Origin: a virus
Taxonomy: Duplodnaviria > Caudoviricetes
DNA: 64,000 nt
IMG/VR virus record: IMGVR_UViG_3300001528_000621
Span: 123,849 to 187,848 of that record
Strand: one strand, 5' to 3'
Position 1 is the stretch's first letter. The number at the start of each line of letters is the position of its first letter. The position numbers were made by a program, and so were the translations under genes. Below, piece by piece: positions 1-9,469 of the stretch. The notes under the pieces are model-generated. The model did no database searches. It saw only the letters and a program-made list of their open reading frames with translations, and was not told where the DNA came from.

Positions 1-11
1 TCTGAGACTTA

Positions 12-156
12 AAGGTGACGTCGTCGTACTGAAACCTCTGACCTCAAGGTTAGGTAAAGGTGAGATCAAGGTGACGTCACGGTTGTCTCAAGGTTAGGTC
101 ACATTGACGGTTATTTTCACTAAAGGGGGGAAACCGTTAGGAGGTCGCAAGGTTAG
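12..156. repeat. Cluster of short AAGGT-core direct repeats in a non-coding region
   Basis: AAGGTGACGTC at 12-22 and 68-78; CTCAAGGTTAGGT at 43-55 and 87-99; CAAGGTTAG at 148-156; palindrome GTGACGTCAC at 71-80. Confidence 0.75.
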
Positions 157-425
157 TAGGTCCTGATTCTCCTATATTTTTTCAAGGCCTGCCCCGATTT
201 CATTGAAACTCAACTAGTTATGCCTAAATTACCAAATTTTAAGAAAGTTTTGCTAACTCCAAAGTTCAACCAAGTCACCCCGCCCTAAAGAATCTATATT
301 TCAGAGCCTCGACTTAGTGTAATTTCGCCCGGACTTGAAAATTTTTTTGGGCCAAAAATTCTTTAATATACTGAGCGTAACTAATTATCTAAAGAAATTA
401 TTTTTACATAAGATATAACAATACT

Positions 426-860
426 ATGCAATCAACTAAGTTTGTATTAGAAGACTATTCGGCTAAGAAGGACCAAACAATGGAAGCTCTTAAGAAAGCT
501 TTAGTCGGTTCTCCTTGGAATCCTAGAGACGTCGTTGACTGGGTTCAAGAGCAATTTGCGAATAGAGCTGAAGAGTCTGGACCTTCTGACCATTATTGTG
601 ATTTTTCTTCTGATAGATACGGAATCGAGTATGAGGATGGAAGTCAAGATTTCGACGTAGATGCTGACCTTGAAGAAGAAGGATACTATCTTCATCTCGA
701 GGGTCACGGCAATGCTACGGTTTCTGGAGTAGAACCTGCTACATATGACTATCCTGGATATGCTGGAGATATCGACTATGTTATAGGAGACGCTACTCTG
801 TCTATCTATGATCCGGACGATAAGGAAACTACTCTCGACATTACTTCAATTGTAGAATAA
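426..860 (+). CDS. Acidic hypothetical protein
   Basis: 144-aa ORF with genome-typical codon usage; no recognisable motif. Confidence 0.7.
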   Translation: MQSTKFVLEDYSAKKDQTMEALKKALVGSPWNPRDVVDWVQEQFANRAEESGPSDHYCDFSSDRYGIEYEDGSQDFDVDADLEEEGYYLHLEGHGNATVSGVEPATYDYPGYAGDIDYVIGDATLSIYDPDDKETTLDITSIVE

Positions 861-866
861 ATCAAT

Positions 867-1424
867 ATGGCAGAAAAAAAGACAACTAGGACACCAAAAA
901 AGACAGCTGCAATAGCTGAGCTTGAAAAAACTATTAAGGTTACTAAGAAAGAAATTACTGAAGATACTGAAACCAGAGAGGAAATCGCTGCCCCTTCTGT
1001 AGAGGAAATTACTCAACCTAAGGAGGAAATTACTGTTTCTGAGGATCTCGCAAAACCTTCGGTTAAGTCTCCTGAAGAAGTCACTGAAGTCCCTGAAATT
1101 AAAGAGGAAATCGCCGAAATTGCTACTCCTTCTGTAGAAGAAATCGCTGAACCTAAATGCGGTAAGGAGATTGAAGCTACTGCTATTGACACTTCTGAAT
1201 CTTACAAAAAATTCATAAAAGACCTCTCTAAAGTTGTAGTAGACCTTAAAAAAGCTAATCCGAATCTTTCGGACGACAAGAGTAAATGGTCTGTAGAAAT
1301 TGTTAAGGACAATAAACGACATTTAATCTTCAAAGGAGGATATGCTAAAGCTTTAAGGTGGGCTGAGAATTACTGTAAAGAACATAACATCCCTGAATCG
1401 GATATTAGAAAAATAAAGAAATAG
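867..1424 (+). CDS. Hypothetical protein with internal EIAxPSVEEI repeats
   Basis: 185-aa ORF; EEIAAPSVEEI and EIATPSVEEIAEP repeats. Confidence 0.75.
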   Translation: MAEKKTTRTPKKTAAIAELEKTIKVTKKEITEDTETREEIAAPSVEEITQPKEEITVSEDLAKPSVKSPEEVTEVPEIKEEIAEIATPSVEEIAEPKCGKEIEATAIDTSESYKKFIKDLSKVVVDLKKANPNLSDDKSKWSVEIVKDNKRHLIFKGGYAKALRWAENYCKEHNIPESDIRKIKK

Positions 1425-1426
1425 TA

Positions 1427-2818
1427 ATGAAACTAAAACTAAACCAAGTCGGTGAAAAATATCGACTTCGAACCGAACAAGGCGGATCTCTTCGACAAAT
1501 GGGACCTAGAAAACTCTCTAAAAATGTTGCTGAGTATCGTCTCGCTGTTCTTACTGGCGAGGAGCCTTATGATTATGTAGATGACCCTACTTCTCCTGAA
1601 GAAGCTGCAGCAATCGATGCAGCTATTGAAAAATACATTGCTAGTGTACAAAGGAGCATTGATAATGCAAATACTCAAATAGCTTCTTACGAACAAAAGA
1701 TAGCTGCAAGTCAAGCAATCATAGACAATCCGGACTCTACTGAGGAACAAAAAGAGCAAGCTGCTAAGAACATTGCAATTTACGAAACGTCCATTGCTTC
1801 TTACAAGAGCATGATAGTTACCTATGAAGATAACATTAAGAACGCAGCTTCTAATGTAAATTATGTAACTATCGAGGAAATTCCGGAAGTTCTTACCTTA
1901 GGTGATTCCAAGTGTAAATTCACAATTAAGGGAGATTTTGCAGCTAACGAAATCACTACAATTCAAGCTAACGAGAAGTTATCTAAACCCTTAACTTTGA
2001 ACAATACCGGAAATGCTGCTAATCTTGTACTAGATTTAGGTAACTCTGATGCTGTTCTTTCTGGAAATTGGAACGAAATCTCTATTAAATCTGTAGCTAA
2101 TCTCAAGATTAATAGCTTTGCTCATGTTGAGAAACTTACCATTTCTAGAGGAAATGCTCTCGTAAATAACGCTTATGTTGACGATTGCGTCACCGAAGTC
2201 GTAGAAGAAGGTGGTTCTGTTGAAGCTAACGCTCCTGTTGAAGCTTCTGATGTTAAGTCCTTTACTGCTCTTCCTAGAGTCGTTCGGGTAAACAAAGAAA
2301 TAAATCTTACTCAAATTAAATTAAGTTATTCTAATTCTGGACACCATGTCTACGAAAATAACGGAAGAGTTAATTCTGATTACAAGGACGGAGCTCTTCA
2401 AGTTTTAGGTATAGCTAAGGTTGACTTTAAGGGACAAGGAGAATGGCATAGTAATTCCAATCCTACTATCTGGATAGCTAACGTAGATGCTGTAGCTAAT
2501 GTGTACGACGGTAAATTCTATAACGACGCAAATGAAGCTGAAACGATTTATGCTGAAAAGGGTACTATCAATATTTACGGAGGAGAATTCCACAATGTTC
2601 CTAAAGAAGGAGCTAAGAACTATCTTCTAAACTGTAAGGACGACCAATACAAGGCTGGAAAGGCTAATATCATCGTTTACGGAGGTAAGTTCTACGAATT
2701 CAACCCTGCAGCTAATGGTGCTGAATCTTCTGACGACTCTACCAACTTTGTTGCTGAAGGATATAAGTCCATCTTCAACGAAGAGGGAGGATATTATGAA
2801 GTTGTTAAGGATGAATAG
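1427..2818 (+). CDS. Coiled-coil plus beta-helix-like protein (possible adhesin or virion decoration)
   Basis: 463 aa; N-terminal heptads; repeated I/VYGG(K/E)F; C-terminal YLLNCKD..YKAGKANIIVYGGKFYEFNPA..NFVAEGYKS resembles Bacteroidales surface-protein C-termini (from memory). Confidence 0.55.
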   Translation: MKLKLNQVGEKYRLRTEQGGSLRQMGPRKLSKNVAEYRLAVLTGEEPYDYVDDPTSPEEAAAIDAAIEKYIASVQRSIDNANTQIASYEQKIAASQAIIDNPDSTEEQKEQAAKNIAIYETSIASYKSMIVTYEDNIKNAASNVNYVTIEEIPEVLTLGDSKCKFTIKGDFAANEITTIQANEKLSKPLTLNNTGNAANLVLDLGNSDAVLSGNWNEISIKSVANLKINSFAHVEKLTISRGNALVNNAYVDDCVTEVVEEGGSVEANAPVEASDVKSFTALPRVVRVNKEINLTQIKLSYSNSGHHVYENNGRVNSDYKDGALQVLGIAKVDFKGQGEWHSNSNPTIWIANVDAVANVYDGKFYNDANEAETIYAEKGTINIYGGEFHNVPKEGAKNYLLNCKDDQYKAGKANIIVYGGKFYEFNPAANGAESSDDSTNFVAEGYKSIFNEEGGYYEVVKDE

Positions 2819-2877
2819 AGGAAAACTAAGGAGAAACTTAAGTAAAAACCTCAAATAATAAAAGATATTACTTCTAG

Positions 2878-3102
2878 TTAAACTAAGGTGTCACCTGCGG
2901 ATGCCTTAGTTTTCCCTTTGTCTCTAGAATGACGTATGACTTTTCTAATCAAAGCTACTGGAAGAAACAACAAAACCCAAAGCTCCAACGCAGCTAACAT
3001 TAGGGGAAAGCATACAATGATTAGTGCTATTTTGAGCCAGAACCACGTCACACCTGGTAGTGTGTCCACCCACTCTGTAAAATCGTAACCTAGAATTGTC
3101 AT
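2878..3102 (-). CDS. Small membrane protein
   Basis: 74 aa; long hydrophobic stretch and basic tail; AGGAG just upstream of the ATG on the - strand. Confidence 0.65.
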   Translation of the reverse strand: MTILGYDFTEWVDTLPGVTWFWLKIALIIVCFPLMLAALELWVLLFLPVALIRKVIRHSRDKGKTKASAGDTLV

Positions 3103-3144
3103 TTTGCTCCTATTTTTTTCTTGACCTAAAGATATTTAAAGTTT

Positions 3145-3489
3145 TTGACAGTTTCTATGACTTTTTTGGATTATTTAGTAGAATTTCTTGAAACAGGACG
3201 ATGTGAACTTCCTGGAAAACAACGAGTTGAAGAAGATTATTTTCTTCGCGCTGCTTTCGCTTGTTCCATTTTTGAGCGAGAAGTTTACAAGAGGCTTGGT
3301 AACGTTTCTGAAAGTTCATATAAAAGATTTTATCATAGTCTTATTTTACTGTTACATTCGCATCTGAATGATATTTCTTCTTTAGATCTTAAATCAAGAA
3401 ACGTCTTACTTCGTAATCTAGATTCGGCGGCTGAACTTTTACCTGAATTTTCTGTTGAAATTTCTATAATCTCTAAATCTCTCCTTTAG
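3145..3489 (+). CDS. Dubious hypothetical protein
   Basis: 114-aa ORF with TTG start, T-rich atypical composition. Confidence 0.3.
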   Translation: MTVSMTFLDYLVEFLETGRCELPGKQRVEEDYFLRAAFACSIFEREVYKRLGNVSESSYKRFYHSLILLLHSHLNDISSLDLKSRNVLLRNLDSAAELLPEFSVEISIISKSLL

Positions 3490-3629
3490 ATTTGGAATAA
3501 TCATTATATTGATTTATCTTATCTCTAGATATTTAAGAAGATCTTTAGGCGGACTTAATATATCTTCTTACTATGTCTTTCTTTTCTTTCTAAATCTTTA
3601 AGGTCAATTTATAAAGTTATAGAAACATT

Positions 3630-4277
3630 ATGACAAATTTAACTGCAGAAGCTATAGAGAAAAACTACAACCAGTTCATTAACATTATCGAAAAATGTAT
3701 TTCTAGTCCTCGTAAGGAGAAAATACTGGAAATGATGGAAAAGATAGGTGATGAAATGGCTGTCTGTCCTGCTTCTGGGAGAGTCTGGTATCACGGGGCT
3801 TATTCTGGTGGATACCTTGTTCACGTTCTCAAGGTCGTAACTGCTGCTATGAAAGTCAAGAAGCTTTATGAAAGCATAGGCGGTGAGATAGATTTTACGG
3901 ATGAAGAACTCATCTTTTCAGCTCTGTTCCACGATTTAGGTAAGATAGGAGATGGAAATAAACCCAACTATGTACCTCAAGACTCTGAGTGGCACAAAAA
4001 GAACCAAGGTATTATCTTCAAGAACAATCCTGAGATAGACTTTATGCTTGTTCCTCAGCGGTCTCTTTTCGTTCTTCAGAAATTCGGAATTCCTATAAAC
4101 CAGAAAGAGTATCTTGCTATCTTAACTCACGATGGACTTTACGAAGAGACTAATAAGCCTTATCTTGTTTCGTTTTCACCCGAGTCAAAGATGAAGACAA
4201 TTCTTCCTAAGATACTACATGCTGCTGACCTATTAGCTGCTGCAGCTGAGTTTGATGAAGAAACCCTTAATTCATGA
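3630..4277 (+). CDS. HD-domain phosphohydrolase
   Basis: YHGAYSGGYLVH...ALFHDLGKIG...THDG...LHAAD, the HD-family motif set. Confidence 0.9.
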   Translation: MTNLTAEAIEKNYNQFINIIEKCISSPRKEKILEMMEKIGDEMAVCPASGRVWYHGAYSGGYLVHVLKVVTAAMKVKKLYESIGGEIDFTDEELIFSALFHDLGKIGDGNKPNYVPQDSEWHKKNQGIIFKNNPEIDFMLVPQRSLFVLQKFGIPINQKEYLAILTHDGLYEETNKPYLVSFSPESKMKTILPKILHAADLLAAAAEFDEETLNS

Positions 4278-4582
4278 TTACGCTTAACTTATTACAAACC
4301 ATAGTGATATGTGCAGTGGTTCTTTTACTACTGTACATTTCTTTTATTCAGTACCGAAGAGCAGATAAAGCTACGGAAGCTGCTGACATATTAGCATCAA
4401 ACCTAAACACCATCTCTGAATATATTCGGGAAGCTACTGAGAAGATGAACAATCCTAGACTTAAGCAAGCTTTTGAGTCTGACGATGAAGTCGGTTTCTT
4501 TTTCAAAGAGCTTCAGAATATTCAGGAAACATTGACAAACTTTACATCTCAAGATGAGGAAACCAGCACCGACGTCGAGTAG
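4274..4582 (+). CDS. Small protein with N-terminal membrane anchor
   Basis: Hydrophobic N-terminus; FESDDEVGFFF motif; ATGA overlap with the upstream gene. Confidence 0.75.
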   Translation: MITLNLLQTIVICAVVLLLLYISFIQYRRADKATEAADILASNLNTISEYIREATEKMNNPRLKQAFESDDEVGFFFKELQNIQETLTNFTSQDEETSTDVE

Positions 4583-5273
4583 AAATTACTTTACAAAAGA
4601 AACAGACGAATGGGTAATCAGGTATAACGAAACGGTTGATCCGGTAGAAAAAGAGAAGATTTTTCAAGAGCACCTATATTATCCGTTTTATAAGCTAGCA
4701 GAGAATATCATTAATACCTTTAAGTTCTACCATATAGACGTGGATACAGTCGAGGACCTAAAGCTTGATGTTATTTCGATGATAGTTCAGGATAAGCTAC
4801 CTGGATTTAATCCTAAGCTAGGAACCAAAGCTTTTTCATATTTCGGTACCATTATTAAGAGGTGGCTTATAGCTTACTGTAATACAAACTATGCTCGTAA
4901 GAAGAGAAGAGCTAACATACAGAGTTATGAAGATGTTCTATCTGAAGGAACTAAAGAGGTTGAAGCTGTTCCGACTATGACCCTTGCTACATTCTTTGAC
5001 AACTGGATTGAAGACATGTATGAACAGGTTGAAGAGATGTTTCCTAGAAAAGAGGATCAACAGGTAGCAAATGCTCTACTTACTGTATTTGAGAAAAGAC
5101 AAGATCTTCAACTCTTTAAGAAGAAAGAGATCTACATCTACGTTAGAGAAATAACAGGCTGTGACACTCCGTACCTCACTAAAGTTGTCAACACATATAG
5201 AGATAATTTTCTAGAAAAATATAAAAAGCTTGCTGCAGAAGGTTATATTCGGGTCGAAGAATCTGAGACGTAA
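4554..5273 (+). CDS. Putative late-transcription sigma factor (T4 gp55-like)
   Basis: NYFT...KLAENII..FKFY...FNPKLGTKAFSYFGTIIKRWLI resembles gp55/sigma region 2; located ahead of structural genes. Confidence 0.65.
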   Translation: MRKPAPTSSRNYFTKETDEWVIRYNETVDPVEKEKIFQEHLYYPFYKLAENIINTFKFYHIDVDTVEDLKLDVISMIVQDKLPGFNPKLGTKAFSYFGTIIKRWLIAYCNTNYARKKRRANIQSYEDVLSEGTKEVEAVPTMTLATFFDNWIEDMYEQVEEMFPRKEDQQVANALLTVFEKRQDLQLFKKKEIYIYVREITGCDTPYLTKVVNTYRDNFLEKYKKLAAEGYIRVEESET

Positions 5274-5280
5274 TATTTAT
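5274..5280 (+). promoter_or_regulatory. Putative late promoter TATTTAT
   Basis: Recurrent intergenic motif, 16 nt before ATG 5297. Confidence 0.65.
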
Positions 5281-5296
5281 TACAAACTGAGTAGTA

Positions 5297-5686
5297 ATGG
5301 TTGATGATTTTAATTCTGTAGAGCTTTTTGAAGGAAAGTCACTTTCAGACCTCTTCAAAGAAATATACGATAACTCAAACGCAAAAAGAGTTCAAATAAA
5401 GGAACTTATCGGAAGTTTAGCACCACTTGTTGAAGGAATAGGCGATGCTACTCTCCTGGTTCCGCTCATTAAGGACTACCTTGACGTTGGAGTTAAGAAT
5501 GACGAACAGCTCATTAAGTTGGCCCAGATTGTTCAGAGATTGAACAGTAATGCTAAGCAAGCTTCGGGTGCTGATGACATCTGGGCATCATTTGCTTCTG
5601 CTATGGAAGAGGATAAAGCTAATGAAAAGGAAATAGCAGAGGTACAGGAAGTACAAAAAGAGGTTACAAAAGATGTTGAGAGTTAG
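5297..5686 (+). CDS. Conserved helical phage protein (possibly small terminase subunit)
   Basis: 129 aa; LLVPLIKDYLDVGVKNDEQLIKLAQIVQR; function is a guess. Confidence 0.45.
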   Translation: MVDDFNSVELFEGKSLSDLFKEIYDNSNAKRVQIKELIGSLAPLVEGIGDATLLVPLIKDYLDVGVKNDEQLIKLAQIVQRLNSNAKQASGADDIWASFASAMEEDKANEKEIAEVQEVQKEVTKDVES

Positions 5687-6854
5687 TCCTGGTCTTTCTC
5701 GAAAATATGCTAATACGTCTCTTACTCCGGGAACAGGAGATAGTGATGACGCTAACTACTACGGTAGAGTTGTAGACGTGATCCTTGATGTGTCCCATCC
5801 AAAGATTAAAAGTTTGGGTGGGACTCAAGCTTTATATGGCGTCTTTTTTCAAAAGCTCTTTACTCAAGACGTGGATGAAGAACGAGATGAGTTTGAGGAT
5901 TATAATACCCGTTTTGCATATTGTGGCCTTACGACTTGTAAGCAAATACCTGTAAAGGGTGAGATTGTTCGACTTGAAACGAAATTAGCTACAAGTAATG
6001 TAGAGGACGATTATAATCAAGATACTCTTGTACCAAAACTATATTGGGTAGAGATTGTACCTCTTTGGAACAACCCGCATCTTAATCTTTATCCGGATAC
6101 TAAAGCTCTAGAAGGTCTTGCTGATTTAGGTCCCGACTTTAAAGAGAATGCTGATATTAAACCTCTCCAGCTTTGTACAGGGGACACAGCATTAGAGGGC
6201 AGGTACGGACAATCTCTACGGTTTGGAGGAACTAGATCAAAGTTAAGTCCAATAGCGACAGAAGGTACCAATAAGTTTCCTTACACCATTCTTCGGAACG
6301 GTCAAGCAGAAGCTTCAGGAGATACTTCTTTCGAAGATATAAACAGAGATGATTCTTCTATCTATCTTACCTCTAACCACAAGGTTCCTCTTACAGAAGC
6401 TAACCGTACCTTTAAAGGAGCTAAAAAAGTTCCTGAATTAGCAGGTAAATATCAAGGAAAGCAGATCGTCGCTAATTCTGATAGAGTAGTTTTGAATGCT
6501 AGAGAGGACAATCTTACTCTCGCAGCTAAGAAGCATGCAAGCATTAATGCAGCTTCAACCAGTATTGATGGAGAAGAGTACGTAGGTGTAGATGGAAAGA
6601 AAATATACCTGGGTTCTTTTGCTCAAGAAGAATCGGAACCAGTTCTAAAAGGTCAGGTTTCTGTAGATTTCTTAAAAGAGCTCTACCAGATTCTCTATAC
6701 GTTCTTCAATACTCAAGGAACATCTTTAGCTTCAGCAGGTAGTACTGCTTGGGAAAAAGCAGCTTCAGTACCGTTTACTATGGCAGGTACCCAGCTACAA
6801 ACCTTGTTTACTCGAGTGGATAGTCTTAAATCTAAAAAGGTTTATACTGAATAG
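5673..6854 (+). CDS. Baseplate hub/spike-like protein (gp5-like)
   Basis: GRVVDVILD, PVKGEIV, GDTALEGRYGQSLRFG, NSDRVVLNA and EPVLKG motifs; upstream of the gp25-like and gp6-like genes. Confidence 0.6.
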   Translation: MLRVSPGLSRKYANTSLTPGTGDSDDANYYGRVVDVILDVSHPKIKSLGGTQALYGVFFQKLFTQDVDEERDEFEDYNTRFAYCGLTTCKQIPVKGEIVRLETKLATSNVEDDYNQDTLVPKLYWVEIVPLWNNPHLNLYPDTKALEGLADLGPDFKENADIKPLQLCTGDTALEGRYGQSLRFGGTRSKLSPIATEGTNKFPYTILRNGQAEASGDTSFEDINRDDSSIYLTSNHKVPLTEANRTFKGAKKVPELAGKYQGKQIVANSDRVVLNAREDNLTLAAKKHASINAASTSIDGEEYVGVDGKKIYLGSFAQEESEPVLKGQVSVDFLKELYQILYTFFNTQGTSLASAGSTAWEKAASVPFTMAGTQLQTLFTRVDSLKSKKVYTE

Positions 6855-6856
6855 CT

Positions 6857-8599
6857 ATGGCAACTTGGACACGAATACCGGAAACAAAGATAGCGAGTAC
6901 CTTAGGAGGAGCTATTGGAAAAGCAGCAGGAACTGTAACTAAGGTAGCTAATAAAGCCCTGGACGCTGTAGAGTTGCAGATAGAAGTACTCCAGAGATCG
7001 AACGACGACAATCGAAAGCAAGTTCGTATCATTCAGGAATCAGCCCAACAACAGGTTCAGGATTCCGAATCTAAATCTTCTGCTCAGACTGCTACATTGG
7101 GAGGAGGAGCTTATAGTAAGTTTTTAGGAAAGACAACAGAAAATTCTGGAAGTCCAGAAAGTATCGTAAACTCTGTTTCTACTAACATTCAGAGTATTCT
7201 TTCTGATGCACAAGCTCAGATTGAAGCTACCGTTAGTAAGAACAACAGAGATACTCAAAAATCTCTCAGAGAGATAGATCAAACTCTAAAAGCTGTAGAA
7301 GTTTCTTTAAAGACTTGTTTAACACCTCTCAGTACAGCTAGGACACTTTGTAAAACACTTAAAGCTCCTCTAACAGCTCTAAAGGTAGCAATTCAAGTTA
7401 TTAAGCTTCTTCCTTTGCCTCAGATTTACCTGGTTGTAGCATTTACTACGGTAGAGTCTGATTTGCTTGAAATGCTAACTGAACTTGTTAAGCAAGCAGA
7501 AGAAGAGGTTTCTGGACTTGAAGCAATTATAAAGACCTTAGAACAAACACTGCAGCCAATCATTGACCGAATTGAGAGGATTAGAGCTAAAATTGCTCTT
7601 CTTGGAACAGAGAGTGAATTAGCTTGTGCATCTTCAGAAGATCAAGATGTTTTAGATAAAGCTGGACTTTTGGATGAAAGTTCAGGAGATTCTATTTTTT
7701 CAGCTATTCAAGGTGGATTATCTGGAGGAGGGGTTTCTTTACCTGGAGGAGGAAGCTGTATACCCTATGGATTGGATACGAGTAGTTTAGACTTATCTGA
7801 TCCTGAAATAATTAACCAACTTGCTCTTAAGAATCCTGGGGATAAGATAGAAATTCAAGTATCAGGTTCAACCGGGACTAGAATAGAAACTTGGTATAGT
7901 TCGGAGACAGATAAGCCGGAGATACCCGGAGGATTTTACAGAGGCTCTGGAAGTTGGACTCAAAACCCTGAAGGAGCTAAGTGGCAGTTTGAAGCTAAGG
8001 TAACAGGGACAGGTAAAGCTTACTCTATTGGAGAGGTAGGGGAGTTCGTTCCTACAAATGAAATTTCTGGCTCTTCATCTTCTTCAAGTGACAGTGGTTT
8101 TTCATCTTCTTCAAGTACCGTAACAGGATCTACAGGTAACAGCTCTTCGACAGACTCTTCTTTGTTTGGAATCACACAGGAAATTAATATTTTAGGTAAA
8201 GACAATTATGGAGATCGTCCTGGAATCTTGAAGATCGAGGATTGGAGTTCATTTTTAGAAGATGTTTTGTCCAAGCTTCGAAATCTTCCACTATCTCAGG
8301 ATATGAAAGATCAACTAGATAGTTATTGGAACTATCAGGTAACCTCTTTAGGAAAATCAGATGAAGTAGATGAAAGTGGTACAGATACTTCCAATACTAG
8401 AACGATTACAAGTGGAGGAGAGACATACACTGTTGAAGTTATTGAGGATGAACATTCACCTAGAGTAGCAATTAGACGATATGCGCAGGTTAAAGATTCG
8501 CAAGGAGTCGTAATATTATCAGGTATAAAGACATTTAGTACCAATTTGGATACATTAATCCAAGAAATTAAGATGCAATTGGACCAGTTAACTCGATAA
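6857..8599 (+). CDS. Hypothetical structural protein (coiled-coil, Ser-rich linker)
   Basis: 580-aa ORF within the baseplate cluster. Confidence 0.6.
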   Translation: MATWTRIPETKIASTLGGAIGKAAGTVTKVANKALDAVELQIEVLQRSNDDNRKQVRIIQESAQQQVQDSESKSSAQTATLGGGAYSKFLGKTTENSGSPESIVNSVSTNIQSILSDAQAQIEATVSKNNRDTQKSLREIDQTLKAVEVSLKTCLTPLSTARTLCKTLKAPLTALKVAIQVIKLLPLPQIYLVVAFTTVESDLLEMLTELVKQAEEEVSGLEAIIKTLEQTLQPIIDRIERIRAKIALLGTESELACASSEDQDVLDKAGLLDESSGDSIFSAIQGGLSGGGVSLPGGGSCIPYGLDTSSLDLSDPEIINQLALKNPGDKIEIQVSGSTGTRIETWYSSETDKPEIPGGFYRGSGSWTQNPEGAKWQFEAKVTGTGKAYSIGEVGEFVPTNEISGSSSSSSDSGFSSSSSTVTGSTGNSSSTDSSLFGITQEINILGKDNYGDRPGILKIEDWSSFLEDVLSKLRNLPLSQDMKDQLDSYWNYQVTSLGKSDEVDESGTDTSNTRTITSGGETYTVEVIEDEHSPRVAIRRYAQVKDSQGVVILSGIKTFSTNLDTLIQEIKMQLDQLTR

Positions 8600-8602
8600 A
8601 TC

Positions 8603-8609
8603 TATTTAT
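8603..8609 (+). promoter_or_regulatory. Putative late promoter TATTTAT
   Basis: Motif 12 nt before ATG 8622. Confidence 0.65.
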
Positions 8610-8621
8610 TGTAAGCATAGT

Positions 8622-8996
8622 ATGACAACAGCAGAACTAGCAGAAGCTTTAAGGCCGGTCATAAAGGAGGTTGTAAAGGAAACAATGCAGTCTGAGCTTC
8701 GAGAAATATTAACAGAAGCTGTAGAGATTGCAAGCAGGCCTAACAATTCGGGATCAGAAGATAGTTTTGAGATTGAAGATACTAACCCAGTAGCAAAGCC
8801 TAGTCTTCATCTCGAAAAGCCTGATTGGGTTCAGGAGCTTCAGCAAAAGCAAGATGAATTTGAAAGTAAGTTGTCAGAGAGTAAAAAGCAGGCGAAGCAA
8901 GATATGCAGTCAGAAGCACAAAAAAACATGATGATGAATCTTCTTGCAGAGACTAGCCGGACAATGACAGCTGAAGATAGGAGTAATTTTGGATAA
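8622..8996 (+). CDS. Hypothetical protein
   Basis: 124 aa; TAATG coupling to the next gene. Confidence 0.75.
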   Translation: MTTAELAEALRPVIKEVVKETMQSELREILTEAVEIASRPNNSGSEDSFEIEDTNPVAKPSLHLEKPDWVQELQQKQDEFESKLSESKKQAKQDMQSEAQKNMMMNLLAETSRTMTAEDRSNFG

Positions 8997-9469
8997 TGGC
9001 ATATAATGTTAGAAAGATTCAGCCGGTTGATCTTGAAGGACGTAAGATTATCGGAGTAAAGCTTCCTTTCGGAGGAACATACTCAACATCTTATGACCAA
9101 GGGCTGAGTTTGTCTAGAGGTCGCAGATCTAGGAGCACTAGGTCTGTTATCTTTGTTCCAACATACCAAACCAAAGATGCAATTAGAACAAATCTCCTTA
9201 ACTACTTTATGACAGCTAAAGGAGAGAGGTACTTTAATAGGCAGTTTGGAAACGAACTACTTAACAGTCTTTTTGAACATGATACACCAGAAAGAAGGCA
9301 GATCATTTTAGACCAGACTAAGAAAGATTTACAAATTTGGTTTCCTAGAGTACAGGTAATTACTTTAGAATTAAGTAGTCTTGACGAAAATGATCTTCAG
9401 CTTTATCTGAAGTATGTTATTAAAGAGACAAACACAATTGACGAACTTACGATTAATTTAACACAGTAG
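8996..9469 (+). CDS. Baseplate wedge subunit, gp25/GPW-like
   Basis: AIRTNLLNYFMTAKGERYFNRQFG..L...LFE...WFPRV motif. Confidence 0.85.
   Translation: MAYNVRKIQPVDLEGRKIIGVKLPFGGTYSTSYDQGLSLSRGRRSRSTRSVIFVPTYQTKDAIRTNLLNYFMTAKGERYFNRQFGNELLNSLFEHDTPERRQIILDQTKKDLQIWFPRVQVITLELSSLDENDLQLYLKYVIKETNTIDELTINLTQ

Noticed and set aside
12-156. CRISPR array
   Set aside because: Repeats are 9-13 nt, of two types and irregularly spaced; no cas operon
3145-3629. Replication origin in the T-rich region between divergent genes
   Set aside because: Composition is odd, but I see no iterons or other positive evidence
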